This document shows, piece after piece, positions 49,278 to 64,000 of a stretch of DNA of 64,000 nucleotides. The position numbers and the translations under genes were made by a program. The stretch covers positions 11,098,001 through 11,162,000 of the forward strand of contig OZ024764.1 of the NCBI GenBank assembly GCA_964016885.1, given 5' to 3'. Source of the DNA: Eledone cirrhosa. Its lineage: Eukaryota. The notes under the pieces were generated by a model that saw only the letters and a list, made by a program, of their open reading frames with translations, had not been told where the DNA came from and ran no database searches. Position 1 is the first letter of the stretch; every line of letters starts with the position of its first letter.

Positions 49278-50000
49278 AGAGGAAGAATCAACTCCAGTAC
49301 TTGACTGGTACTTTTTTTATTGACCTCGAAAGGAAGAATCAACCTCAGTAGTGGATTGGTACTTTTTTTATTGACCTCGAAAAGAAGAATCAACCCCAGT
49401 AGTGGACTGGTACTTTTTTTATTGACCTTGAAAGGAAGAATCAACCCCAGTAGTGGACTGGTACTTTTTTTATTGACCTTGAAAGGAAGAATCAACCCCA
49501 GTAGTGGACTGGTACTTTTTTTATTGACCTTGAAAGGAAGAATCAACCCCAGTAGTGGACTGGTACTTTTTTTATTGACCTTGAAAGGAAGAATCAACCC
49601 CAGTAGTGGACTGGTACTTTTTTTATTGACCCCGAAAGGAAGAATCAACTCCAGTAGTGGACTGGTACTTTTTTTTATTGACCTTGAAAGGAAGAATCAA
49701 CCCCAGTAGTGGACTGGTACTTTTTTTATTGACCTTGAAAGGAAGAATCAACCCCAGTAGTGGACTGGTACTTTTTTTATTGACCCCGAAAGGAAGAATC
49801 AACTCCAGTAGTGGACTGGTACTTTTTTTATTGACCTCGAAAGGAAGAATCAACCCCAGTAGTGGACTGGTACTTTTTTTATTGACTTTGAAAGGATGAA
49901 AGACAAAGTTGACCCCCAGGGGGGATTTGAACTCAGATCGGGCAATGAGGTGGCATGGTAACTGTAAAGCATTCTATCTGACGTCTTAACGACTCTGCCA
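49278..50000 (-). repeat. 51-bp minisatellite (about 12 units) continuous with a minus-strand SINE B-like element
   Basis: Unit GAAAGGAAGAATCAACCCCAGTAGTGGACTGGTACTTTTTTTATTGACCTT; the last unit runs into GGATGAAAGACAAAGTTGACC..GGATTTGAACTCAG. Confidence 0.82.
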
Positions 50001-50009
50001 CTTCTCCTG

Positions 50010-50770
50010 TGTGGTGGTTACTGTTGTTGTTGTTGTTGTGGTTATTGTTACTGTTGTTGTGGTGTTTACTGTTGTTGTGGTGGTTGTTGTTACTGTGGTG
50101 GTTGTTGTTATTGTTGTGGTGGTTGTTGTTGTTGTGGTTATTGTGGTGGTTACTGTTGTTGTAGTGGTTGTTGTTACTGTTGTTGTTACTGTTGTGGTGG
50201 TTGTTGTGGTGGTTGTGGTACTGTTGTTGTGGTGGTTACAGTTGTTGTTGTGGTGGTGGTTGTTGTTGCTGTTGTGGTGGTTGTGGTACTGTTGTTGTGC
50301 TGGTTACAGTTGTTGTTGTTACTGTTGTTGCTGTTGTGGTGGTTGTGGTACTGTTGTTGTGGTGGTTAGTTGTTGTTGTTGTGGTGGTTGTGGTTGCTGT
50401 TGTTGTGGTGGTTGTGGTACTGTTGTTGTAGTGGTTACAGTTGTTGTTGTTGTGGTGGTTGTTGTTGCTGTTGTGGTTGTGGTAGTTGTTGTGGTGGTTA
50501 CAGTTGTTGTTGTTGTGGTGGTTGTTGTTGCTGTTGTGGTGGTTGTGGTACTGTTGTTGTGGTGGTTACAGTTGTTGTTGTTGTGGTGGTTGCTGTTGCT
50601 GTTGTGGTGGTTGTGGTACTGTTGTTGTGGTGGTTACAGTTGTTGTTGTTGTGGTGGTTGTGGTTGCTGTTGTTGTGGTTACAGTTGTTGTTGTTGTGGT
50701 GGTTACAGTTGTTGTTGTTGTTACTGTTATTAGTCAGAACATCCCCATCCTTTAAAAAAATGTACTTGTA

Positions 50771-50807
<37 letters not shown>

Positions 50808-50819
50808 TGTGTGTGTGTA

Positions 50820-50852
<33 letters not shown>

Positions 50853-51851
50853 ATGTATGTATGTATGTATGTATGTATATGTATGTATATGTATGTATGT
50901 TTATATATGTATGTATGTAAGTGAATATGTGTGTGTATGCATATGTATGTATGTTTATATATGTATGTATGTAAGTGAATGTGTGTGTATTTGTGTGTAT
51001 GTATATGTATGTATGTTTATGTATGTTTGTATATGTATGTATGTAAGTGTATGTATGTATGTATGTATATAAGTGTATGTATGTAAGTGCATGTATGTAT
51101 ATATTTGTGTGTATGTATATGTATGTTTGTGTATATTTGTATATGATGTAAGTGTATGTATGTGTATGTATGTGTATGTATGTATGTATGTATGTGTATG
51201 TGTGTATATGTGTTGTATATATCTATGTGTATGTGTGTATATATTTATGTGTGTATATATGTAAGTGTATGTACGTATGTATATATTTATGTATATATGT
51301 ATATATATGTATATATATGTATATATATGTATATATACAATCAGAGAAGGTGGGGACAGGGGCTGTGGGAAGTTCTGACCCACTGTGACCCCTGACATTT
51401 ATCAAAATGGTGTCTGCAGGGATATGTGGGTGGTGTGGGTGTTCTAGATGTGGAGGGGGGCAGTGTTGGGGGCAGAACTCTTAAATCTATTAAAAAGCAA
51501 TATTAATATAAAAGTCATATGAAAAATCAATAGTAACGCCCCTTGCCCCCCCTACCTCCCATATTATTTATGTGTGTGTGTGTTTATATAGAGGTGTGTG
51601 TGTGTGTGTGTATATATATATACAGGTGTATGTGTGTGGATATGCAGATGTGTTTATATAGAGGTGTGTGTGTGTGTGTATATATATATATACAGGTGTA
51701 TGTGTGTGTTTATATAGAGGTGTGTGTGTATATATATACGGGTGTATGTGTGTGGATATGCAGATGTGTGTGTTTATATAGAGGTGTGTGTGTATATATA
51801 TATATATATACGAGTGTATGTGTGTGGATATGCAGATGTGTTTATATAGAG

Positions 51852-51882
<31 letters not shown>

Positions 51883-51993
51883 CAGGTGTATGTGTGGATA
51901 TGCAGATGTGTGTGTTTATGTAGAGGTGTGTGTGTGTGTATATATATATATAGGTGTATGTGTGGATATGCAGATGTGAGTGTTGATATAGAG

Positions 51994-52024
<31 letters not shown>

Positions 52025-52943
52025 CAGGTGTATGTGTGGATATGCAGATGTGTGTGTTTATATAGAGGTGTGTGTGAGTGTGTGTGTATATATAGGTGTG
52101 TGTGTGGCTATACAGATGTGTGTTTATATAGAGGTGTATGTGTGTGTGTATATATATACAGGTGTATGTGTGTGGATATGCAAATGTGTGTGTTTATATA
52201 GAGGTGTGTGTGTGTGTGTATATATATATACAGGTGTATGTGTGTGCATATGCAGATGTGTGTGTGTATATATATATATACGAGTGTATGTGTGTGGATA
52301 TGCAGATGTGTTTATATAGAGGTGTGTGTATATATATATATACAGGTGTATGTGTGGATATGCAGATGTGTGTGTTTATATAGAGGTGTGTGTGTGTATA
52401 TATATATACGGGTGTATGTGTGGATATGCAGATGTGTGTGTTTATATAGAGGTGTGTGTGTGTGTGTATATATATATACAGGTGTATGTGTGTGGATATA
52501 CAGATGTGTGTTTATATAGAGGTGTGTGTGTGTGTATATATACAGGTGTATGTGTGAGGATATACAGATGTGTGTGTTTATATACAGATGTGTGTGTTTA
52601 TATAGAGGTGTGTGTGTGTGTGTATATATACAGGTGTATGTGTGAGGATATGCAGATGTGTGTGTTTATATAGAGGTGTGTGTGTATATATATACAGGTG
52701 TATGTGTGTGGATATGCAAATGTGTGTGTTTATATAGAGGTGTGTGTGTGTGTATATATACAGGTGTATGTGTGAGGATATGCAGATGTGTGTGTTTATA
52801 TAGAGGTGTATGTGTGTGTATATATATATATATACAGGTGTATGTGTGTGGATATGCAGATGTGTGTGTTTATATAGAGGTGTGTGTGTGTGTATATATA
52901 TACGGGTGTGTGTGGATATACAGATGTGAGTGTTTATATAGAG

Positions 52944-52982
<39 letters not shown>

Positions 52983-53230
52983 CAGGTGTATGTGTGTGGA
53001 TATACAGATGAGTGTTTACATAGAGGTGTGTATGTGTGGATAAACAGATGTTTGTGAGTGTGTGTGAGTGGATATATAGATATGTGTGTGTGTGTATGTG
53101 TGTGAATATACAGATGTGTGTGTGTGTGAGTGGATATATAGATGTGTGTGTGTGAATGTACAGGTGTGTGTGTGAGTGGATATATGTGTGTGTGTGAATA
53201 TACAGGTGTGTGTGTGAGCGGTTATATAGA

Positions 53231-53262
<32 letters not shown>

Positions 53263-53307
53263 CAGGTGTATGTGTGTGGATATACAAATGTGTGTGTTTA
53301 TATAGAG

Positions 53308-53338
<31 letters not shown>

Positions 53339-54311
53339 CAGGTGTATGTGTGTGGATATACAGATGTGTGTTTACATAGAGGTGTGTGTGTGGATAAACA
53401 GATGTTTGTGAGTGTGTGTGAGTAGATATATAGATATGTGTGTGTGTGTGTGTGAATATACAGATGTGTGTGTGTGTGAGTGGATATATAGAGGTGTGTG
53501 TGTGTGTGGATAAACAGATGTTTGTGAGTGTGTGTGAGTGGATATATAGATGTGTGTGTGTGTGTGTGTGTGAATATACAGATGTGTGTATGTGTGTGAG
53601 TGGATATATGGATGTGCGTGTGTGTGTGAATGTACAGGTGTGTGTGTGTGAGTGGATACATGTGTGTGTGTGTGAATATACAGGTGTGTGTGAGTGGTTA
53701 TATAGATGTGTGTGTGTGTGTGTATATATATACAGGTGTATGTGTGTGGATATACAGATGAGTGTTTATATAGAGGTGTGTGTGTGTGTGGATAAACTGA
53801 TGTTTGTGAGTGTGTGTGAGTGGATATATAGATATGTGTGTGTGAATATACAGATGTGTGTATGTGTGTGAGTGGATATATAGATGTGTGTGTGTGTGTG
53901 AATGTACAGATGTGTGTGTGTGAGTGGATATATGTGTGTGTGTGAGTGGTTATATAGATGTGTGTGTATGTGTGTGAATATACAGGTGTGTGTGTGTGTG
54001 TATATATATACAGGTGTATGTGTGTGTGTATATATATACAGGTGTATGTGTGTGAGTGGATATATAGATGTGTGTGTGTGTGTGAATGTACAGGTGTGTG
54101 TGTGTGTGAGTGGATATATGTGTGTGTGTGAGTGGTTATATAGATGTGTGTGTATGTGTGTGAATATACAGGTGTGTGTATATATATACAGGTGTATGTG
54201 TGTGAATATACAGGTGTGTGTGTATATATATACAGGTGTATGTGTGTGTGTATATATATACAGGTGTATGTGTGTGAGTAGATATATAGGTGTGTGTGTG
54301 TGAATATACAG

Positions 54312-54340
<29 letters not shown>
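50010..54340. repeat. Compound simple repeats: (GTT/GGT)n, (GT)/(GTAT)n and a (GT)/(TA)-derived minisatellite
   Basis: Direct reading; unique island about 51340-51570. Confidence 0.92.
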
Positions 54341-54341
<1 letters not shown>

Positions 54342-54344
<3 letters not shown>

Positions 54345-54534
54345 GGAACCAGTAAGACCCCGACAGCTGAGCTCAAGCCGTTTCGACGGCTAATTCTGGA
54401 CTGAATTAGCCGTCGAAACGGCTTGAGCTCAGCTGTCGGGGTCTTACTGGTTCCTATTACCCACTCTACTACCTCAAGTATTGAGTACTTTGGTGCGTTA
54501 TGGTCCACCTGGTTCCTTACCACATTTCCTTCGT

Positions 54535-54535
<1 letters not shown>
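54342..54535 (+). mobile_element. Fold-back half-hammerhead element, copy 7
   Basis: Perfect inverted arms sharing the variant CCCCGACAGCTG/CAGCTGTCGGGG; full tail; (TA)n both sides. Confidence 0.86.
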
Positions 54536-54570
<35 letters not shown>

Positions 54571-54712
54571 TATACACAGTTCAAGAGTAACCAATCTTAA
54601 AGATGGAGATAGAAGAAGAGAGATTGGTGAGTTAGTTAGAAGCCAAAGCGTAAAGGCATGTGCTCAATGTGCAATATGCAGTAGAAATTATTATTATTAA
54701 TATTATTATTAT

Positions 54713-54897
54713 GGATTGGCAGTATTGGTAGAGGGTCGGACGCCATGCTTTGATGTATAGAGTTACGGCCCTTGCCATTCTGAGTTCAAATCCCGCTGAG
54801 GTTAACTTTGCCTTTCATCCTTACGGGGTCGATAAAATAAAGTACCAGTAATGCACTGGGTAATTGCTGGCCCTTGTGCCTAACGTAGAAACAATTA
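54713..54897 (+). mobile_element. SINE family B in an (ATT)n tract
   Basis: Family head, B-box, body; (ATT)n flanks. Confidence 0.82.
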
Positions 54898-55048
54898 TTA
54901 TTATTATTATTATTCTCTACATTCCTTACATCAAACTAAAATATGTTGACAATCTTTTAATAATGTCTTCCTTGTGAAATTTGTGGTCTTGTTTTGCTTA
55001 ACTAATGAATACACACATATATATATATGTGTGTGTGTGTATATATAG

Positions 55049-55102
<54 letters not shown>

Positions 55103-55407
55103 GAATATATATATATGTATATATGTATATGTGTGTTTATATATATATATGTGTGTTTATATATATATATGTGTGTATATATATATATGTGTGTGTATAT
55201 ATATATATGTATATATGAATATATATATATGTATATATGAATATATATATATATGAATATATATATATGTATATATGAATATATATATATGTATATATAT
55301 ATATATATGTATATATGAATATATATATATATATATGAATATATATATATGTATATATATGTGTATATATATATATATGTATATATATATGTGTATATAT
55401 ATATGTG

Positions 55408-55439
<32 letters not shown>

Positions 55440-55522
55440 TCTATATATATATATGTAAAAGGTAAACAGAAATAACAACACAATATATATAACTTTATCA
55501 TGCACTTCTGCTGCTAGTGCAC

Positions 55523-55562
<40 letters not shown>

Positions 55563-55709
55563 TCCATGCAACAATGCACATGCAGTACATAACATACCAA
55601 CACACAAACACACGCAGTACATAACACAACACAACACATTGCATCATAGTTCAGTTACTGTTGCTGGTTCTGTTGTTGTGTGTCTTTTGAAACTACCTCC
55701 AATTCCATC

Positions 55710-57300
55710 TAAACCACCTCCATCACCCCCTCCCCACCTCCATCATCACCCCCTCCCCACCTCCATCATCACCACCACCACCACCTCCATCACCACCACC
55801 TCCATCTCCACCACCACCACCTCCATCACCACCACCACCACCTCCTCCACCACCACCACCTCTTCCATCAAAACCACCACCTCCTCCATCATCACCACCA
55901 CCTCCATCTCCACCACCACCACCTCCATCTCCACCACCACCACCACCACCTCCTCCATCATAGCCATTACCACCGCCATCATCACCACCTCCATCTCCAC
56001 CACCACCACCTCCATCTCCACCACCACCTCCTCCATCTCCACCACCAGCACCACCTCCATCTCCACCACCACCACCTCCATCTCCACCACCACCACCTCT
56101 TCCATCAAAACCACCACCACCTCCATCATCACCACCACCACCTCCAACAAAACCACCACCTCCTCCATGATAACCCCCACCACCTCCATCATCATCACCA
56201 CCACCTCCTCCAACAAAACCACCACCTCCTCCATCATCACCACCACCACCACCACCACCACCACCACCTCCATCATCACCACCACCACCTCCATCAAAAC
56301 CACCACCTCCTCCATCATCACCACCACCTCCATCTCCACCACCACCACCTCCATCTCCACCACCACCACCACCACCTCCTCCATCATAGCCATTACCACC
56401 GCCATCATCACCACCTCCATCTCCACCACCACCACCTCCATCTCCACCACCACCTCCTCCATCTCCACCACCAGCACCACCTCCATCTCCACCACCACCA
56501 CCTCCATCTCCACCACCACCACCTCTTCCATCAAAACCACCACCACCTCCATCATCACCACCACCACCTCCAACAAAACCACCACCTCCTCCATGATAAC
56601 CCCCACCACCTCCATCATCATCACCACCACCTCCTCCAACAAAACCACCACCTCCTCCATCATCACCACCACCACCACCACCACCACCACCACCTCCATC
56701 ATCACCACCACCACCTCCATCAAAACCACCACCTCCTCCATGACAGCCCCCACCACCTCCATCATCATCACCACCACCTCCATCAAAACCACCACCACCA
56801 CCTCCATCAAAACCACCACCACCTCCATGATAACCCCCACCACCTCCATCATCACCACCACCACCTCCATCACCACCACCACCACCACCACCACCGCCAT
56901 CATCACCACCTCCATCAAAATCACCACCTCCTCCATGACAGCCCCCACCACCTCCATCTCCACCACCACCACCTCCTCCATCTCCACCACCACCATCTCC
57001 ACCACCACCTCCATCAAAACCACCTCCACCATCTCCACCACCACCACCTCCATCATCACCACCACCACCTCCAACAAAACCACCACCTCCTCCAAGATTA
57101 GCCCCCACCACCTCCATCATCACCACCACTTCCATCATCACCACCACCTCCTCCATCTTCACCACCACCACCTCCATCATCACCACCACCTCCTCCATCT
57201 CCACCACCACCACCACCTCCATCTCCACCATCACCACTTCCATCAAAACCACCACCTCCTCCATCATCTCCACCACCTCCATCACCCCCCACCCCCCACC
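55710..57300. repeat. (ACC)n-derived compound satellite with a 426-bp internal duplication
   Basis: Rare markers TAGCCATTAC (55961, 56387) and CCAGCA recur at a 426-bp offset. Confidence 0.9.
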
Positions 57301-57560
57301 CCCCTCCATTCAATCCACCTTCACATCCATTGGTATATTCCAGTGTATCCGATATATTACACTGTTCCAGTGTTCTCCAAAGAGAGCCTGGAGCCTCTCA
57401 TGACACCAACTACACAGCATCTGTTGTGTTAAATACACTGCAGGGTAAATTATTATTCAGCACCGATCCACCACCACCCTGCTCCACCCCACAGTCACCC
57501 ATATCTTACCCCCCGCCACCACCTTAAACAGAAACAGTTTAGCTATTGTTATTTATATTT

Positions 57561-57606
<46 letters not shown>

Positions 57607-57803
57607 GTATGTATGATGTATATATATAATAGAAATAGTTTAGCTATTGTTATATGTATATGTGTATATGTGTATATGTATATGTATGTATATATATGTA
57701 TGTATGTATATATATATATATATATATTATATTATATTATATATCAGCTTTTACTTTCTTTTATATTATCTCACCTTGGAAGGCTTTTGATTTCTCTAAT
57801 ATA

Positions 57804-58303
<500 letters not shown>

Positions 58304-58344
58304 ACACCGCCCCTTTCAATGTAAAGTTATGTTGGTCCCACAAC

Positions 58345-58722
58345 ATCCAGGCCGAAACAAATGAGATCGTGTAGGTGTCACGACAAAAAACACACAGTCC
58401 ACGCTGTAAATGTGGCCGTGTAGGCAACACGGTAAAAACCTCCCAGCCCCACACTGTAAATGTGGTTGGTGTTAGGAAGGGCATCCAGCTGTAGAAAACC
58501 CGCCAGACAGTCCACGCTGTAATGTGGCCGTGTAGGCAACACGGTAAAAACCTCCCAGCCCCACACTGTAAATGTGGTTGGTGTTAGGAAGGGCATCCAG
58601 CCGTAGAAAACCTGCCAGACAGTCCTATGCGAGCAAGACAACCACTCTTGCCTCAAGTGGGAAAACCCCCGTCCAAACCCATGCAAGCGTGGAACACGGA
58701 CGCTAAACCTGATGATGATGAT
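58345..58722 (+). mobile_element. RTE-type 3'-UTR/tail element with internal duplication; related tail at 43836-43966 on minus
   Basis: GGTGTTAGGAAGGGCATCCAGC twice; CCCGTCCAAACCCATGCAAGCGTGGAACACGGACG-(GAT)n. Confidence 0.72.
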
Positions 58723-58751
58723 ATATATACGCACACATATATGCATGTGTG

Positions 58752-58970
58752 TGGAGGCACGTGGCCTAGTGGTAAGGGTGTTGGTCTTACGATCATAATG
58801 TCGTGGGTTCGATTCCTGGGCTGTGTGTTGTGTTCTTGAGCAAAACACTTCATTTCACGTTGCTCCAGTATACTCAGCTGAAAATGAGTACCAGCAATAG
58901 CTGAGGGTTTAACTCTGCGATAGACTGGTGTCCTGTCCAGGGGGGAGTCTTGTACTCACAGTCGCTTCAC
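58752..58970 (+). mobile_element. SINE family C, single-unit copy
   Basis: GGAGGCACGTGGCCTAGTGG head, GGTTCGATTCC B-box, one copy of the ~101-bp unit. Confidence 0.8.
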
Positions 58971-59199
58971 ACCATTTTAACGTCCATTTATATATATATA
59001 TATTGTTATACTTTGGGAGGGTCATGTTGTTAATAAAAGCACATACATCTGTTGGTTTTCCCTTCAATTTATTAAAAGTTTCCGGTTGGTTCGATAACCG
59101 GAAGGTTGTTTATATATATTGTCAAAGCACTTTTGTCACACATTCTGTGACCTCCCCAGTGACTGGGTTTTTATTAAAAATAAAGTATATATATATATA

Positions 59200-59301
59200 T
59201 ATCACTCTGTCTATTTCTCTCCATAACTCTCTTCATGTCTATCACAGTGTCTCTCTCTCTCTCCACATCTCTCTTCATGTCTTCCTCTGCCTGTCTGTCA
59301 T

Positions 59302-59338
<37 letters not shown>

Positions 59339-61560
59339 CTGTCCCTGTCTTTCTCTCTTTCTGTCTGTCTGTCTATGTATCTCCATCTCTCTATCACTGT
59401 CTCTCTCTCTCTCTCTCTGTCTGTGTCTCTCCATCTCTCTATCACTGTCCCTCTCTTTCTCTCCCTCTCTCTCTCTCTGTCTATGTCTCTCCATCTCTCT
59501 ATCACTGTCCCTGTCTCTCTCTCTCTCTCCGTCTGTCTCCCCCCCCCTCTCTCTTTCACACACATACACACTCTGGGGTTATTTTTGAAGAATTCTATAA
59601 AATTCCAATAATTAAACTGGGGTGTGTAATGGGTGCAGGGTACAAGATTTTAGGGAACAGCAATAACAACACTATGTAAAGAAGCTGGAAGATTAAAAAA
59701 TAACAATAACAACAGCGACGACAACAGCAACAGCAACAATAGTAACAACAACAACAGCAACAACAACAACAACAGCAAACAACAGTGACAACAGCAACAA
59801 CAGCAATAGCAAAAACAATAAAAAAAAACAGCAACAACCAACAAGTTACAACAACAACAATAACAACAACAACAACAACAGTAGCAACAAGAACAACACT
59901 AGCAACATATACAGCAGCAGCAGCAGCAACAACAACAACAACAGTAACACTACAACAACAACAACAGCAACAATAACAGCAACAACTACTGCAACATATA
60001 CAACAAAAATATATCAAAAATTAACAGCAACAATTACAACAACAATTACAACAACAACAACTACAACAATAACATAAACAGTAACAACAATAGCTGCACC
60101 ACCACCACCACCACCAACAGTGACTACAACAACAATAACAACATCCTTTGAGGAAGAAGACTACAACAGCAACAAGCACCACCACTGCCACAACCACACC
60201 ACCACCACACCACCACCACCACCACCACACCACCACCACACCACCACCACCACACCACCACCACACCACCACACCACCACCACACCACCACCACCACCAC
60301 ACCACCACAACCACCACCAAAACAACAACCACCACCACCATCACTGTCACAACCACCACCACTACCACCACAACCACCACAACCACCACCACTACCACCA
60401 CAACCACCACAACCACCACCACCACTACACCACCACCACCAGTAATAAATACCACAACAGCAACTGCCTCCACCCCCAACACCACTACCACCACACCACC
60501 ACCACCACTACCACCACCACGCCACCACCACCACCACACCACTACTACCACCACCATCACACCACCACCACACCACACCACCACCAACACCACCACACCA
60601 CCACCACACCACCACCACACCACTATTACCACCACACCACCACCATCACACCACCACCACACCACACCACCACCACACCACCACCACACCACCACACCAC
60701 CACCACACCACCACCACACCACCACCACGCCACCACCACTATAACAAGACATCTAATTATAAACAAAAGGAATAAATGAGGTTTTTAAAATATATAAAAC
60801 ATATTGTAGGAAACTATAATTAGTTTTGTCTGAGATGGGTTATCTGGCTAATTAGGTGTTTATTACTGGTGGTGGTGGTGGTGGTGGTGGTGGTGTGGTG
60901 GTAGTGTAGTGGTGGTGGTGTAGTGATGGTGTGGTGGTGTTGGTAATAGTGGTGGTGGAGGCAGTTGCTGTTGTGTTATTTATTACTGGTGGTGGTGATG
61001 TGGTGGTGGTGTGGTGTAGTGGTGGTGGAGGTGGTAGTGGGTGTGGAGCAGTGGTGGTTGGTTGAAGGTGGTGGTGGTGAAGTGATGGTGTGGTGGTGTT
61101 GGTAATAGTGGTGGTGGAGGCAGTTGCTGTTGTAGTATTTATTACTGGTGGCGGTTGTGGTGATGGTGTGTTGATGGTGGTAGTGGTGTTGTTGTTGTGT
61201 TTATTACTGATGGTGGTGGCGGTAGTGGTGTAGTGGTAGTGGTGGCGTAGTGGTGTGGTGGTAGTGGTGTTGAAGGTGGTGTTGGTGGTAGTGTGGAGGT
61301 AGAGGTGGTTGCGTTGCTGTTGTGCTGTTTATTACTGGTGGTAGTGGTGGTGTGTTTTATGGTGGTTGTGGTATGAGGGTGGTATGGTGGTGGTGTTGGT
61401 GGTGGTGGTAGTGTTGGTGGTGTGAATGTGTTGGTGGTGGTGTCTTGGTGTTGTTGGTGGTGGTGGTATCTTGGTGTTGTTGGTGGTGGTGGTATCTTGG
61501 TGTTGGTGGTGTGATGGTGATGGTGTTGGTGGTGGTGTGATGGTGTTGCTAAATAGTGGT
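59200..61560. repeat. Compound simple repeats (CT)n, (CAA)n, (CAC)n, (GGT)n
   Basis: Direct reading. Confidence 0.9.
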
Positions 61561-62056
61561 TGGTAACACAAGTTTGACTGGTCTTAGTCTTGTTGAGATG
61601 ATAACATCTCTAGTATTGGTGTCATCATAAAATGCACCCAGTACACTCTGTAAAGTGGTAGTAGTGGTTAACACAATAAAATATGCCCAGTCCACTCTGT
61701 AAAATGGTAGTGCTGGGGCTATGATAAAATGCACCCAGTGCACTCTGTAAAGTGGTAGTACTGGTTGCACAAAATGCACCCAGTACACTCTGTAAAGTGG
61801 TGGTGTTGGGACCATGATAAAATGCACCCAGTACACTCTATAAAGTGGTTGGTTTTACCAAAATTTGACCCTGTGAGTGGTACATGGTTTGCCAACCTAT
61901 CTAGGAGTCAACTTTGGATAGGAACTAATTAGGACCATAGCAATGTGTCCAACCCATGGAAAATGGACATAAAATGATGATGGGGTGGTGAGGATGATGA
62001 TGGTGATTTGATAACAAAGTAATGTGATGTAGTTTGTAGTTATTAATTCATTTCAG

Positions 62057-62136
62057 ACTTTTAAAAATGACTTCATTATCTTCTAATTAACAGGTATTTT
62101 AATTACAAGAGAATAAATTACCCGAAAGCACTCAAG
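62057..62136 (+). other. Candidate small exon
   Basis: TTCATTTCAG| acceptor and AAG|GTAAGT donor in non-repetitive DNA; unverified. Confidence 0.28.
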
Positions 62137-62180
62137 GTAAGTTTAAAATTAATTTTTTTCTTTGAATCTTTAGCTCTTAA

Positions 62181-63525
62181 CCCTTTAGCATTCACATTAC
62201 TCTATATATACTATTATATTTTAATGGTAAAGGCTTTATCTCACATAATATCTCGCATAACATTCACATTACTCTATATATACTATTGTATTTTAATGGT
62301 AAAGGCTTTATCTCACATAATATCTCGCATAACATTCACATTACTCTATATATACTATTGTATTTTAATGGTAAAGGCTTTATCTCACATAATATCTCAC
62401 ATAACATTCACATTACTCTATATATACTATTGTATTTTAATGGTAAAGACTTTACCTCACATAATATCTCACATAGCATTCACATTACTCTATATATACT
62501 ATTGTATTTTAATGGTAAAGACTTTACCTCACATAATATCTCACAACAGTTACATTACTCTATATATACTATTGTATTTTAATGGTAAAGACTTTACCTC
62601 ACATAATATCTCACAACAGTTACATTACTCTATATATACTATTGTATTTTAATGGTAAAGGCTTTATCTCACATAATATCTCGCATAACATTCACATTAC
62701 TCTATATATACTATTGTATTTTAATGGTAAAGGCTTTATCTCACATAATATCTCACATAACATTCACATTACTCTATATATACTATTGTATTTTAATGGT
62801 AAAGACTTTACCTCACATAATATCTCACATAGCATTCACATTACTCTATATATACTATTGTATTTTAATGGTAAAGACTTTACCTCACATAATATCTCAC
62901 AACAGTTACATTACTCTATATATACTATTGTATTTTAATGGTAAAGACTTTACCTCACATAATATCTCACAACAGTTACATTACTCTATATATACTATTG
63001 TATTTTAATGGTAAAGACTTTACCTCACATAATATCTCACAACAGTTACATTACTCTATATATACTATTGTATTTTAATGGTAAAGACTTTACCTCACAT
63101 AATATCTCACAACAGTTACATTACTCTATATATACTATTGTATTTTAATGGTAAAGACTTTACCTCACATAATATCTCACAACAGTTACATTACTCTATA
63201 TATACTATTGTATTTTAATGGTAAAGACTTTACCTCACATAATATCTCACAACAGTTACATTACTCTATATATACTATTGTATTTTAATGGTAAAGACTT
63301 TACCTCACATAATATCTCACAACAGTTACATTACTCTATATATACTATTGTATTTTAATGGTAAAGACTTTACCTCACATAATATCTCACATAATATTGA
63401 ATCTATGAGATTTTGATGTTATTTATTTTGAGAACAATACCAGTTTGAGTGACCAGTTACGGCCAGTTTCAACAGAAAAAGGTAGAGAATTCTGGCCGGT
63501 TTTGGCCGGTTTGAACATTAAAGGG
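62181..63525 (+). mobile_element. piggyBac-like MITE with about 17 tandem 70-72-bp units
   Basis: TTAA 62177-62180 and 63526-63529; imperfect TIR CCCTTTAGCATTCA / TGAACATTAAAGGG. Confidence 0.83.
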
Positions 63526-63584
63526 TTAACATTCAAGGGTTAACATTCTGTAATAATTTAACAGAATTCCTTGATGGAATTACC

Positions 63585-63822
63585 CTATTCCCATTGGAAG
63601 GAGGTAGATCCCTCATTTGGGATGCCACATGTTCCTACATGCTCCCTGCCTCTTAGCCACTTCGGCCACAAACCCTGATACTGCAGCCCGTAATGCTGAG
63701 GAAAGAAAGACAAACCAATACTGGGGATTATCAGGCCACCTCCTTTTTGTACCGGTCGCTGTCGAGACTGCAGGAATATTTGGACCCCATTCTGCTGAGC
63801 TCCCCTGCAAGATTGGAGATTA
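63585..63822 (+). mobile_element. CRE-clade retrotransposon restriction-like endonuclease fragment
   Basis: IPWKGGRSLIWDATC (frameshift) ..AARNAEERKTNQY..LFVPVAVETAGIFGP. Confidence 0.7.
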
Positions 63823-64000
63823 GTGCTCGGAGGCAAGGGTTGTATTGGAATTGACATTCAGTTGGTATGGGTTTAAGATGTCTGTTTTCAGTTAACTCTT
63901 CACATCTGAGGCATGTTGAAATCTGAGAAATGGATAAAATATCATTGTGATATTTGTTATGGCTCTTTACACTGCGAGTCCAAATTCCTCTGAGGCCAAC

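Noticed and set aside
55639-57432. 597-aa Thr/Ser mucin-like ORF and 528-aa Gly-rich antisense ORF
   Set aside because: (ACC)n-derived DNA lacks stops in most frames; non-ATG start, no domain or splice support.

Overview
AT-rich, extremely repeat-dense animal genomic DNA. The single-exon tandem C2H2 zinc-finger genes (MENELCE...[11 protein letters not shown]...HTGEKP), the SINE types and the huge (TA)n/(CA)n tracts point to a coleoid cephalopod, probably Octopus (inference). Only two credible protein-coding genes are present: paralogous 10-finger C2H2-ZNF exons arranged head-to-head (15923-16816 minus, 25551-26489 plus). The rest is decayed LINEs (RTE with a PHD finger, CR1, CRE), three or four tRNA-derived SINE families, DNA-transposon derivatives (Tc1/mariner, piggyBac-like, PIF/Harbinger, Merlin, Helitron), micro/minisatellites (several born inside transposons), a 1.13-kb near-perfect palindrome and a 200-N gap. 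The most interesting signal is not in the ORF track: at least six sequence-unrelated type I hammerhead-ribozyme motifs (CUGANGA...GAAA, palindromic stem III, Penelope/retrozyme style), plus a 7-copy ~190-bp fold-back family beside (TA)n that carries the 3' half of a hammerhead on both strands. All alignments and folds were done by eye; no searches were run, and repeat boundaries are approximate.
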